From Gekko japonicus (lineage: Eukaryota): DNA of 64,000 nucleotides. This document shows, in pieces, positions 23,501 through 36,000 of this stretch. How positions within the stretch are numbered: the stretch's first letter is position 1; each line of letters begins with the position of its first letter. A program made the translations under genes and the position numbers. The stretch is from positions 248,001-312,000 of the forward strand of contig NW_015176464.1 of NCBI RefSeq assembly GCF_001447785.1. The letters are read 5' to 3'. The notes beneath the pieces were generated by a model that saw nothing but the letters and a program-made list of their open reading frames with translations, made no database searches and had not been told where the DNA came from.

Positions 23501-26500
23501 GCCACGGGACGGAGACGGCACTGGTTGCCTTCATGGATGACCTCCGGAGGCATCTGGATCGGGGTGGATTGACAGTGATGTTGCTGTTGGATCTGGTTGG
23601 TGGCGTTTGACACGGTCGACCATCAGTTACTGATCCACCGCCTCGCCGACACTGGAGTCCAGGGGTCTGCCTTGCAATGGCCGGCTTTCTTCCTTCAGGG
23701 TCGGGGACAAAGGGTGGCGCTAGGGGAGCAGCTATCCCAAAGGCACCCACTAATATCTGGAGCGCCCCAAGGGGCGGTGCTGTCCCCAATGTTATTTGAC
23801 ATCTACATGTGCCTCCTTGCCCAGATTGCCCGGAGGCATGTGCTGGGATGTCACCAGTATGCGGATGACAACCAGCTCTATCTGTTGTTGGGGGGGCCAG
23901 TCTGACTTTACACTGGAAGATCTGGACCAGGCGCTGAAAGCTGTGGCTGGCTGGCTCAGACTGAGCCAACTGAAACTGAATCCGACAAAGACAGAGGTCC
24001 TATGCCTGAGCCAGGGTGGCCCAAGGGTAGGGATCCTACTTCCGATCTTCAATGGGGTGCCATTGGTGCCAAGCGCCGGAGGTTAGGAGCTTGGGAGTGC
24101 TCCTGGATGCCTTACTAACAATGGAGGGCAAGGTAGCAGCCACTGCCAAATCAGCCTTTTACCACCTACGGCAGATTAGGCAGTTGGTTCCCTTCCTCGA
24201 ATGCAACGACTTGGCAACAATGATCCATGCAATCGTCACCTCAAGATTGGACTACTGTAATGCTCTCTACATGGGGCTGCCCTTGACCCAAATCCAGAAG
24301 CTACAGCTAGTGCAAAATGCTGCAGCCAGGCTTCTGATGGGCCTCCCTATGCGGGAGCACATCCAGCCTGTGCTGAAAGCACTGCACTGGCTGCTGATAG
24401 CATACCGAATTCGCTTCAAGGTGCTGGTACTTACCTTTAAAACCCTTTATGGTCAGGGTCCCACATACCTGAGGGAATGCCTTTCCCCACACGTTCCCCA
24501 GAGAGCACTGCGCTCAGGGTCACAAAGGTCCTAAAGATGCCAGGCTGGCCACAACCAGGGCCAAGGCCTTCTCAGTGGTGGCTCTGTACTGGTGGAATGT
24601 ACACCCTACCATGTACACCCAGAAGAGATCAGGGCCCTCAGGACCTTTTAAAGTTCCACAGGGCCTGCAAGATGGAGCTCTTCCACCAGGCCTTCGACTA
24701 AGGAGCCGCACCAAATAACATCAAATAACTGAGAAGAGACAGTGCCCTGGTCCTTGGCTTACCACCGCCTGTGCTGTTGCCTAAATATAGAGACCAAGAC
24801 GAGCCAACCACCAATATAGATCATCTGACTACAACACTAGTATTGGTTCTGCCTTCTGTAAGCATTGTTATAAGTACCTGATCAGTTACTAGCACTTTAT
24901 GATAATGTAGAGTTTTATTATTTGTTTTAAGATTGTATATAATTTGTTACCTATATGTTTAATCTCTTTGTAAGCCGCCCTGAGCCTGCTCCGGCAGGGA
25001 GGACAGGGTATAAATAAAGTTATTCACGAACTCTTTTGTTTCTCAACAGTTTTCTGCATTGCATCCACAAGCATTTTTCCCCTTGTCCTCTTCTTCCATT
25101 GCTTTCTCAACTCCTTCTAGCATGAGCTGTGCCATGCTGAATCCCACAATATCCATTGCCTCTACTTTCATTGTCTCATGTTTTAAGAGGTTAATTATGT
25201 TTCTATACTTTGTGGAAGATTTCACCAAATCACTTTTACTCTTAGAAACAAAGTCCTTAAAGTACTTCATAACTAAACTGAAAACAATCTGTCTTCTCAC
25301 TGGGAAGTCATCATGTTTGCCCAAAAATTCAGTAATGAAAATGGAAAAACACAAACTGCATTCACAAAAATCAAAGAAATACTGACTTTACTGACCAATT
25401 TTTTAAAAAAACTGACAAATTACTGACCAAGATGAAAAAACTGACTTTTACTGATTTTACTGACCATTTTCCACCCCGTGAACAGATGTTAAGGGGTAGA
25501 ACCCAGCCTAGAAGTCATTCGGGGACCAAGGTAGAGGTGAACTGCTGATGATGAATTTATATCTTTCAGTACTAGTTTTGCCCCGACCACTTTGTCCCAA
25601 GACGTCTGTTCAAAACTCACCTTTGATTCATAGTAGCGATTGGTTTGGGAAACACGCCTGTCCCTTTCCATTAGGTACCACTGATAGGGACTCCGAGCAA
25701 CTCTCTTCTCCTAGGCACACAGAAATGCATCAGAGAGTATAGAGGGAAGAATAAAGAGAAATGATATCATGTAACTGGGGGGAAATTAGATACAAAGTAA
25801 AGCTCACATCAGAAAGAGGAATTAAGTACAAGTGATGCTGGCTAAGGTGCAAAGCTTTTTCTGCAACGATGACATCACAGTCTAACATGTGACCAATGTT
25901 CCCTCTAAGCTCTGAAGTCTTGTGAGCAAAAATTCTGCTTTGTGAGCTGCTGGCATTAAAGTTGTGAGTGAGCGATCTGGCTACTGCATAAATCAGTTTG
26001 CCCTGGAGTCCTCCTTCCTGAGCCGAGGCAAAACTGTGTGAGCCAGAGGCTAAAAAACTGTGAGCTGGCTCACACCAACTCAGCTTAGAGGGAACACTGC
26101 ATGTGACACAATCAAATTCATAGGTAAGGATACAGTTCAGCAGAGAAGACGATTAAAAATGTTTCTGTACCATTTCAGATTGCTAGTGTGGGTTTTTATC
26201 ACTGAATGTTTTCCAATTTTAACATACAGAAAACTAGCCATGTTGTGTAATGGGCAGGGGTCATTTCCTGCGGGAGCGCACAGGAGTGGAGCAACAAGCA
26301 CATGCAACAAGCCCCACCCCCTGCTCCCAGCAGCCCTCAGTTGGTCCACGAAGAGCAAGAGGCAGCCAGGTAAGTTGCAGAGCCCCCCCTCCGGCCCGCC
26401 TTCAGGTACAAGCTCTCTCTCCTCTGTGAGGGCAGATCTGTGCGTTCCCCCCCCCCCAAAGCTAGCAATCCAAAACAGTCCAGTGGAACCTTTAAGACCA

Positions 26501-29500
26501 AGTTTTATTCAGGTACAAGCTCTCCCCTCCTCTGTGAGGACAGATCTGCACTGCAATAGATAGCCGTCCAGTGGAGCCTGAGTGGTGGATGTTGCCTTCT
26601 GACACAGTTCCGGTGATGTCAGGAGGTGTGGCATATGCAAATAGGTTATGCTAATGTGCTCCTGTACCTCTTTTTCTACAAAATGCCCCCTGGTAATGGG
26701 TAAACCACTATACTTGGTCTGTGGGTCCTGGTTCAAATGTCCAGTTAGCTCTGAAACAGCTTTTACTGTTGTGATTTCAGATATTATGTTTTTATCATAC
26801 ATTTCTATTAAGGAGCTGGAGGTAGTGTGTACAGGCCTCTTTGTCCCTAAGTTATCAGTCCTCTGACTGGCCAACAACATCCACTAATCTAGGGCAGTTA
26901 AGCAGAGATCTAAACTCAGATCTAAGCAGTCTTATTTATTCCATTCTTATTGCACCCTTCCTCCAAGGAGCTCATGGTGGTATACATGGGTTGCCTCTCC
27001 CCTGGTTATTAGTGTCACAACAATCCTGTGAGGTAGTTTAGGCTTAGAAATGAAGTAATTAGCCTGTTGCCTTGCTACCCAGTAAATTTCATAAAGGATC
27101 TGTACCCAGCCCTATTTGGTCACTTTAACCAGTCCTCAATGCAGGCTGCTCTGTCAGTCACTTCATACATGGCACAGAAAGGCTACAAAACGAGACACTA
27201 CCTTGAGATAAAAAGAAATTCTTAAAGTGAGATAGGATGGTGCCGGTGGGTGGTTCAAGTGTCAAAATGCTGGGAGATTAGGGTTGCTAGGTCCCCTCTG
27301 GCCACAAGCAAGGGATGGGGGGGGGGGGGGTTGCAGATCCAGGTTGGGAAACTCCTGGAGATTTGGGGATGGAGCCTAAGGAGGATAGGGACCTCAGTGG
27401 GGTACAATGCCCTAGAGTCTACCCTCCAAAGCACCCATCTTCTCCAGGGGACCTGAGTCAGATTGAGGTGACGAAAAAGGAGGTCCTAAAACTGATAGAT
27501 AACTTAAAAACTGATCACCAGGCCCAGATGGCATACATCCGAGAGTTCTGAAAGAACTCAATTGTGAACTTGTGGATCTCCTGACAAAAATATGTAATCT
27601 TTCCTTAAAATCAGCCTCCATTCCTGAGGACTGGAAGGTAGCTAATGTCACTCCCATCTTTAAAAAGGGTTCCAGAGGAGATCCGGGAAATTACAGGCCA
27701 GTCAGTCTGACGTCGATACCGGGTAAATTGGTGGAAACCATTATTAAGGAAAGAATTAGTAGGCACATAGATGAACAAAACCTATTGAGGCAGACTCAGC
27801 ATGGGTTCTGTAAGGGAAGATCTTGTCTCACTAACCTGTTAATGTTCTTTGAGGGGGTGAACAAACATGTGGACAAGGGGGATCCAATAGATATTGTTTA
27901 CCTTGACTTCCAGAAAGCTTTTGATAAAGTTCCTCATCAAAGGCTCCTAAGTAAGCTNNNNNNNNNNNNNNNNNNNNNNNNNNNNNNNNNNNNNNNNNNN
28001 NNNNNNNNNNNNNNNNNNNNNNNNNNNNNNNNNNNNNNNNNNNNNNNNNNNNNNNNNNNNNNNNNNNNNNNNNNNNNNNNNNNNNNNNNNNNNNNNNNNN
28101 NNNNNNNNNNNNNNNNNNNNNNNNNNNNNNNNNNNNNNNNNNNNNNNNNNNNNNNNNNNNNNNNNNNNNNNNNNNNNNNNNNNNNNNNNNNNNNNNNNNN
28201 NNNNNNNNNNNNNNNNNNNNNNNNNNNNNNNNNNNNNNNNNNNNNNNNNNNNNNNNNNNNNNNNNNNNNNNNNNNNNNNNNNNNNNNNNNNNNNNNNNNN
28301 NNNNNNNNNNNNNNNNNNNNNNNNNNNNNNNNNNNNNNNNNNNNNNNNNNNNNNNNNNNNNNNNNNNNNNNNNNNNNNNNNNNNNNNNNNNNNNNNNNNN
28401 NNNNNNNNNNNNNNNNNNNNNNNNNNNNNNNNNNNNNNNNNNNNNNNNNNNNNNNNNNNNNNNNNNNNNNNNNNNNNNNNNNNNNNNNNNNNNNNNNNNN
28501 NNNNNNNNNNNNNNNNNNNNNNNNNNNNNNNNNNNNNNNNNNNNNNNNNNNNNNNNNNNNNNNNNNNNNNNNNNNNNNNNNNNNNNNNNNNNNNNNNNNN
28601 NNNNNNNNNNNNNNNNNNNNNNNNNNNNNNNNNNNNNNNNNNNNNNNNNNNNNNNNNNNNNNNNNNNNNNNNNNNNNNNNNNNNNNNNNNNNNNNNNNNN
28701 NNNNNNNNNNNNNNNNNNNNNNNNNNNNNNNNNNNNNNNNNNNNNNNNNNNNNNNNNNNNNNNNNNNNGGTATAGATAGGGGCTCTGGGGCAAGTGATGC
28801 TCTGTCTTCTTGGTGCTTGGGGGGGGGGGTTCAACAGTGGGATGGCTTCTAATGTCCTGGCCCCACTGGTGGACCTCCTGATGGCACTGGTATTTCTGGC
28901 CACTCTGTGATACAGAGTGTTGGACTGGATGGGCCTTTGGCCTGATCCAACATTGGCATCTCTTATGTTCTTAACCAATCTCTGTAGTCTGGAGATGAGC
29001 TATAATACCGGGGGACTCCGAGGTCGAACCTGGAGGCTAGCCTCCCTATGGGAGATCCAGGTCAAATCCCCACTTCATCACGAATCTCATTGGGTGATCT
29101 AGGGTCAGTCACTCTCCCTCTCAAACCTAGGGTTGCCAGCTGTGGGTTGGGAAATTCCTGGGGGTTTGGGGGTGGTAGCCTGGGTTTGGGGAGGGGAGGG
29201 ACCTCAGCAGAGTATTATGCCACAGAATTTGCCCTTCGGAGCAAGCGTTTCCTCCAGGGGAACTGATCTCTGTAGTCTGGAGAACGACTGTAATTCCAGG
29301 AGAACTCCAGGTCCCACCTGGAGGTTGGTAACTCTACGCCCTCAGAGGGTTGTTAAGGGGACATTAAAGTGGGGGAAAGAAGAACACTGAGCGCTGCCCT
29401 GAGCTTACTGGAGAAAGGATGGGATAAAGTGTACTCCAGAGAAAGAGCAAGACCCAGCTAGAGAGTAAAACGGAAACCCTCTCGTCGCCAGACCTCTTCA

Positions 29501-29629
29501 CGGCCGAATAGCTAGACATACTCTCACCTTTCCCCCGTTCGTGTATCTATGGATCCAGACGGTGCTGAGTCCAGGGATATTCAAACACACATACATGACC
29601 CCCAAGCAAGGGAGGATCTCGTACCACAT
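20518..29629 (-). CDS. NDUFA1: NADH:ubiquinone oxidoreductase subunit A1 (MWFE), 3 exons, 70 aa
   Basis: Exons (minus) 29629-29528 [34 protein letters not shown], 25710-25621 [30 protein letters not shown], 20538-20518 GLENID*; GT-AG; AATAAA at 20476-20471. Confidence 0.96.
22244..25480. mobile_element. hAT-like DNA transposon remnant hosting the L2 insertion
   Basis: TIR CAGGGGTGGAAA...GTCAG (22244) / CTGACCATTTTCCACCCC (~25460-25477); GTGAACA on both flanks; subterminal ACTGAC repeats 25381-25466; AT-rich ORF remnant 25043-25354. Confidence 0.6.
22301..25018 (+). mobile_element. 5'-truncated L2-clade LINE (frameshifted endonuclease/RT ORF2) in NDUFA1 intron 2
   Basis: GHTLDLIF (APE end), [16 protein letters not shown] (RT), [23 protein letters not shown]; 3' tail GTAAGCCGCCCTGAG...GGGTATAAATAAA; many stops and frameshifts. 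Confidence 0.92.
25894..26099. mobile_element. ~205-bp hAT MITE
   Basis: TIRs; 8-bp TSD CATGTGAC. Confidence 0.88.
26255..26692. mobile_element. hAT non-autonomous element (TIR CAGGGGYCATTT)
   Basis: 8-bp TSD GTAATGGG; a second, partial copy in opposite orientation at 49540-49693. Confidence 0.8.
27453..28972 (+). mobile_element. 5'-truncated CR1 LINE (RT) spanning an N gap, inserted in a TAGGGTTGCCA-type MITE
   Basis: [28 protein letters not shown]...QHGF...[13 protein letters not shown]; 3' end CTTATGTTCTTA; host MITE resumes at ~28975. Confidence 0.9.
27958..28768. other. Assembly gap (N run); further gaps at 49694-49866 and 50327-50339
   Basis: Runs of N. Confidence 1.
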
Positions 29630-30097
29630 CCCGACTGCGCTCTCCGGCAATACCACCACCTTCACTCAGTCTCTCTCTCTGTCCTAAAGACACACAGAGT
29701 AATCACCACGCATGCGTGAAAGCATGTAACCGACTCTCCGACCTTTCCCAGAATGCATCGCGCACCACGGTAGTAGTCAGCGGCTGTTGCTAAGGTGACA
29801 AGGACAGCCGAATAAACAAGCTGGTTAGATGTGTGTATGGCTGGCATGCCGGGAACGAGGAGGTCTGTGAAGGTTGCGGAGCATGCTGGGAGTGGCCGTC
29901 CCGCCCGGGGTATGTCGGGAATAGGAATCTCTATGACAACCATGAGGCCTGGAATAGTGGTGCGTCCCTATGCCCGTGGAGGAGGTGTCGCTTTGGGGGC
30001 GGCCCTTTTTTCGGTACTCCCGCGAGAGGAGGGATGGCGAATGCGCGCACCAGTCAGAGCTGAGGCGGACGGAGGAGGAAGGCCGGCTGCATCTGCG
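29630..30097. promoter_or_regulatory. Bidirectional CpG-island promoter shared by NDUFA1 and UPF3B
   Basis: 468 bp between divergent ATGs; CpG-rich; NRF1-like palindrome CACGCATGCGTG 29707-29718 and TGCGCGCA ~30042; ZNF143/SBS-like TTCCCAGAATGCA 29745-29757 with reverse-oriented copies at 29843 and 29881. Confidence 0.75.
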
Positions 30098-33000
30098 ATG
30101 AAGGAGGATAAGGAGAATGCCAGGCCGAAGGAGAAGCGAGGCGGGCCTCTCACCCCGACCGGACTAGGAGTAGCCATGGCCGGAGCGGACGCCAAAGGAG
30201 GCGGTGAGCCTGATAGGCTGGAGCGGCCTAAGGAAAAGAAAGAGACGCTCAGCAAGGTGCGGTCCAGCTCGCCTGCCTGCCTGCCTGCGCGCGCTCGGAG
30301 GGGCTGCCCCCGTTGGGGCGGTGGAGCTTTTCTGTGGCTTCCGCTTGTTCCGGCTGCGTTGCAGTCAGACTGTTTCCATGCCTGTAGAAAACTAGCGTGT
30401 CACGACGGACTCATCTTCTTGACGTACAGGTTTTCTTTCTGTGAGGACTTTTGTTGTTGGGCGAATTCACGTTGAGCCTTCTGTACGTTCAGTTGCTATA
30501 ATGTGGAGCTTTTCCTGAACTGTGCCGTTTTAGACTGCCCTGGGATGGTGGGTTTCCATGTTTGACTAATTGCATATAGAAAGATAGCGAGGAGGCTGCT
30601 AGGGTGAGCCTAACAAGCTAGTTTTCCACGTGCAGGGAAACTGGGGCCAATATACTAAAAATTTTCCCAACACCAGCGCTACTCTCCTTGAGCTAGCTTA
30701 CAGTCAGGTGCTGGAGCTAGCTTACAGTCAGGTGCTGGAGCTGTCCCTTGGCTTTACTGTTTCTGGATGCATTAAAGTATGTTTCCATTTTTGACTCATT
30801 GTATGTAAGCAACCAGCACACCAAATAGAAGAGTATGATGAACCCTTTTCCTTGACATGGTTGTTTCCTAGTAGAATTGTGTGTGTGTTTCTTTCAAAAC
30901 ATACAAACTCCCTATTGGCATAATTGGTAAGCTTAAAGCTGTGTGTTTTGATGAGAAATTTTGATTGAGTTTGTTGACTTTGTAAACTGACCTCAAGTTA
31001 TGCCCCTCTTCTGATCACGCTAAGGGCTTCTGGAGGGGTGAGGTCACAAATGAGCTGTCTCTGCCATTGGTGGTCACTGCTGCAAGGTACTGAAGTGGCA
31101 CACACTGGGCTCTGTAATAACAAAAATGCAATCAAAGAGACTTTGACCCTTTTGTGTATAGCTTTCTTGTTGTCTGTCATTTTGAAGTGTGTTTTAGTGG
31201 GAAGAATGCGGTCTGAGAAAGTTTTGAACTTCTACCCACATTAGGTTCTTAATCTCCCAACTATGGTGTGCTTTTGCTAGATGCCACTATAGATTTCTAA
31301 AACGTTAGAAGTTACCACTAATTGATTTTTGGTTGTCACACCATCTTTCTGGAACAGCTTCCCAGAAGTGGTCAGGTGGGTGCCCTTCCCACATTTTTGG
31401 AAGCATGTAAAGCAATATTGTTCAAGAGTGTATTTGATGGGGAATGATATTTTTCCCAGGTTTCTGGGAAAGAGGCATTGTAATGGAGATAGTGGTGATA
31501 CTGGATATGTGTCTTAGCTGTTCTTTTGATTTAGTAGTGCTGTTCCTGTTTGTTGGCACATGCTTTTGTAGGTTGGTTTGAGCTTCTGACAATGGAGTGA
31601 GAGGTGGGATACAAATATTTTAATTAATACATACCTCAAAATTCATAAGCTCTTTAATATTTAGTCATGAGCATGGTAATTTTAGTACTTATTACTAGCA
31701 AGAAAAAATATGTCTTGCTACTTTTTTCAAAGGTGATCTTTGATGTTGTGGACTGACTGGTAAAAGATGTTAGGTATTTAGTATTATTGGAGGGAAACGC
31801 CTTCTAATTTAATAGAAAGGACCAGTGGATGTGAGTGGTGTTTATGCAATAGGAGCATTAAATATGTATTTACAAAAGTGCATTAGGCTCCTATGAATAA
31901 TTTTTTAATGAATCTGTAACCAACTGACCATGGGATCCTTCGCTAAACTGTAGCTTGCACTAAAGCTCTTCTGCAAGTGGAAACACAAGGAAAAGATGGT
32001 GGTGCCCGCTAGCGCTAAGCAAGACTTATTGTATTCCCACTTGTGCAAGATTTTGGTGCAACCTGTTTCTGGGCACTAGATATTGCACATGATCTTACTT
32101 AGGTAAAACTGCTCTAAGTTCATTTATGTGTACACTTGTGCATGACTGGATTTAAGCTTATATGTGGGGGTTCCCTTCAAAGATCTCTAACTGTTTTGGG
32201 ATGTAATAAATGTCAAAAAAAAAGGAGTTTGCAGAGTGTATCCGGAAAGACAAGATGTTTGTAAAAATGATTTTTTTCCTCCCTTTAAGGTAGTGATTCG
32301 ACGCCTGCCTCCCAGTCTGACCAAGGAACAGCTTGAAGAACATCTCCAGCCTTTGCCTGAGCATGACTACTTTGAATTCTTTGCTAATGATTCGAGGTAA
32401 AAGGAACTTGGGTCCCTTGGTTGTGTTGCATGTAACAATGGCATGTCATGAATGTCTTTCAGTTTTACACCCGTCTGCGTTGTGTATATATGCAGTCATC
32501 ACTCAGCAACGTTTCCTTATACATTGCCATTTTCTGTCCTTCTGCAGTTTGTATCCACACATGTTTTCCAGAGCATACATCAACTTTAAAAACCAAGAAG
32601 ACATAGTTCTATTCAGGGATCGCTTTGATGGTTATGTTTTTGTTGATCACAAAGGCAAGTAAGCCTAAAACTTAGTTCTATCCTATTTCTTTATTTATAT
32701 TTAGACATATATTAATTGAGGTAATGAGACTGTAATTCTGGAAGCACCCATGTCTTTTAACCTAGATTTCAGAGAATTTATTTGCAAGTTAGTTTAGTAT
32801 TTCTGCCTAGCTGCCGCAACAGCCCTTAGTGTGTTTTCCTAAACATAAGTCCCATTAGCATCAGTCAGGCTTGCTTCCAAGTAAGTATGTCAGGGCACTC
32901 AGGGCAGGTGGTTCTCTCCTTTTGCAGTGCTGAAGCAGTGATGAGCTGAACCCATCCTAAAGGTCCTAGCACTACTGCTTGGGAGTGACTTGCTTTGCAA

Positions 33001-36000
33001 GCTGTAAAAATTGTGTGCGTTTGGTTGTGAGTTTGTGTGTATGTGTGTGGTGAAGGGGCATAACTAATGCCAGCCCTCTTCCTCAAGATCCACAAGGGCT
33101 GTCTTTGGGGCCCCAGTACTTTTCAGTAAACATAAAGATGCATTGAAAATTTCTGATACAGAACTTAATTGCAGTGGCATGCATGCAGGACAGGTAGTTG
33201 TGCTCCAGCAGCCCATCATAGGATGCTGCTTTTGCATCCTGCACTTGAACAGCAGCAGTTGAGCCAGCACTACAGGATCATTCTGCTTGTATTCTTTTTT
33301 CTTTACCATTCTTCATATAACCAAATTTATTTTTATAAAGTAGTGCTGCGGTAGTCTCTGTTGTTCAAGAAACACTTGTTCACTGAGCTTCAACAGTTAA
33401 TCCATGTGTGTCAATTCATTATAATAATTTTCCCATTTGAAAAAAAAATTAATACATAATCTGTTGTGTTGTAGTTTCAGGGGCAATTCACAGGCCACAT
33501 TTCTTGCCTGTATGAGCACAACTGATATTCAGGCCATAGAGCCTGGCCTGCTCATGTGGGTAAGCAATGTGTTGTGTGAAACTGGCCCTTGAACACATTT
33601 TTTCAACGGGGGGGAAGCCTCTTCTTAAAAACCAACCATTATGTTAAGAATTTTTTTCAATGTATGAATAGGTCTGGAGTATCCTGCCATAGTGGAATTT
33701 GCACCATTTCAGAAAGCTGCCAAAAAGAAGAATAAGAAAAAGGATGCCAAAGCTGGGACCATTGAAGATGGTTAGTAACAATTGTTGCTTATTGTATGTG
33801 ATTTTATTTGGCATTCTAGTGGAGAATCAGTGCATTGGTGGACTTTGTGGATGCACATGGCAGTTGCTGTAATAGTAGAAAAGGTGGTTTAAAATTTTAC
33901 ATATAATGTATCACCTGACAACTTCAGGCTGTACTGCCATATCATGCATACCTGATCTTGGTCATAAGATTTCTGATCTTATGAGGCAGACACACAGTAC
34001 AGAAACAACAGCTTCTTAAGATTACTTTCATGTTTTTAGTTACAGTAATTAGCCTGAGTACAAGTGAAATGTGGGATGTGGTTGTTTTTGATTATATCGC
34101 TTGCCTCCTAGTTGATCTGATGTACTTCAAAGATAATATGTATTTGGTTTTAGGACTTGTTGCAGTGCAAGCTTCAGACTTGCATTATTACTAGTATCTA
34201 GAAATAGTCATTTGAAGGAAAGATCTCTTGAGTAGATAAGCATCTGACATTACTGCTAGGACTACTAACTTCTGGTTTAATTTTTTTGCTGAATGATGGA
34301 TGTGAAAGTATGTGTTTCTTTATGACATGCACACTTTTTGTTCCTCATCAGATCTAGAGTATAAGAAATTCTTAGAGACCTACAGCGCTGATGATGAAAA
34401 GCTAACATCCACTCCTGAGACTCTGCTAGAAGAAATAGAGGCAAGAAACAAAGAACTGATAGGTACAAAAAGAATTTTACCACTATGAATTTGAACATGC
34501 TTCCTTGAGAATATCTAGTATGTTTTTGTGTCTGTTTTAAAAACAATATATTGTTACCCCTGCTGCTTCTACAAAGGTCATATTTTGAGTGATTCCTTTC
34601 ATTTTTAGTGACAGGGAGGAAATATATTACACATTGTACAAAACAATGCATGCAAGTCCCATGCTCTTTGCCATGGTGCTGCTTTAGTCTGAACTCCTTT
34701 TTTCCCCTTAGTGTGTAAGTGGAGTTAAATGCACCCTTACCTGCATGCAAGGGCAGGTGGAAATGCAGGGAAGAACAAGCAGCTAGAATGTAGCATCATC
34801 AACATATTTCTTGACTATTCCAGTTTTGCTCCTTGTGTTATGTGCATTCATCAGGAAATACTTAGGCTTAAGCTATATATACCCCTCCCCTCATATAAAA
34901 AACTAACAATTTAAATAGGAAATAACCTGGACTTCAAAAGATTTATTTAAAAAGAGTATCCACACACTTAGCCAAAAACATGTGAGGTAGTTTATAAAAG
35001 TTTTAAAACAAAAGCAGTATCACATATAAAACAAATCCACAGCATAAAATCTCAAGAGGCCACAATATTAAATCTCAGCAAATAACTATTTTTTCTTAGA
35101 GCTAAAGCAATAAAACTAGAAAAACATGGAGTAGAACAAAAATCCAAGCAACCAAAAATCAAAAAAACTAAAGCAACCACTTCCCTTTGATATCAAAACA
35201 CAAATGCCTGAGAGAGAAATGTATTTGGGGATGGAGTTCCCAAGTTAAACTGCCTTAGTTTCTGAAGATGGTTGTACAGAGATTAGGCCCTCTTAACTGT
35301 TGGTTAGGTTCATATTGAAGAAGTTGATTTTTCAGTCACCTTGATTCCAGGCTGTCTAGGGCAGAGGTGACCGAACGTAAGAGCCACACAGAATAAACAT
35401 CAGATGTTTGAGAGCCGGAAGACATGAACAAGTATTACACACACATTTTTATTGGAAAATAAGCAAATTTACTTTTTATTAACATTAAATGAGACTGCCA
35501 AAAATAAAAAACAAGGGGTAAAAAAAGAGATATTGATAATGATATTTATTTGTCCAATGATATTTATTTATTTGATAATGATATTTATTTGTCTAAGAGA
35601 GAGAGAGAGGTGGAAAAAAAGAATGAAAGAGGTGGAAAGAGAGAGAGAGAAACAAAGAAAGCAAATAGATGGGGGAGGGTGGGGAAGGAAGGGAGAGAGA
35701 CAGAAAGAGAAAGAAACAAAGAAAGCAAATAGATGGGAAGCCTGCCAGGAGCCACAGAATTTGTGTGAAATAGCCATATGCGACTCCCGAGCCACAGTTG
35801 GCCACCCCTGGTCTAGGGCTTTCAAGATTAAAACCAGCACTTTGAATTGTACCTGGAAACAAACAGACTGCCTTCAACAGGAATGGGTCATGCTACTTGT
35901 CACTTACATCAGATAGCATTCTTTCTGACAGTACTGTAATATTACTAGGTGACTATGGTTTCTCCATACCAGGTTACCTGCAACAGAGTCCTTTGCAGGT

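Noticed and set aside
27572-28978. Long ORFs of 320-426 aa
   Set aside because: They run through an N gap; the only real part is a CR1 reverse transcriptase fragment.
29831-30097. In-frame N-terminal extension of UPF3B (214-aa ORF)
   Set aside because: It lies in the GC-rich bidirectional promoter; the conserved start is MKEDKE at 30098, and the ORF's 3' part is intron.
30690-30742. 24-bp tandem duplication (also a 22-bp repeat at ~47130-47182)
   Set aside because: Simple local slippage duplications; no spacers or array structure, so not CRISPR-like.
35452-35916. 154-aa charged ORF inside UPF3B
   Set aside because: Derived from the purine-rich interior of a hAT element; not needed for the UPF3B frame.
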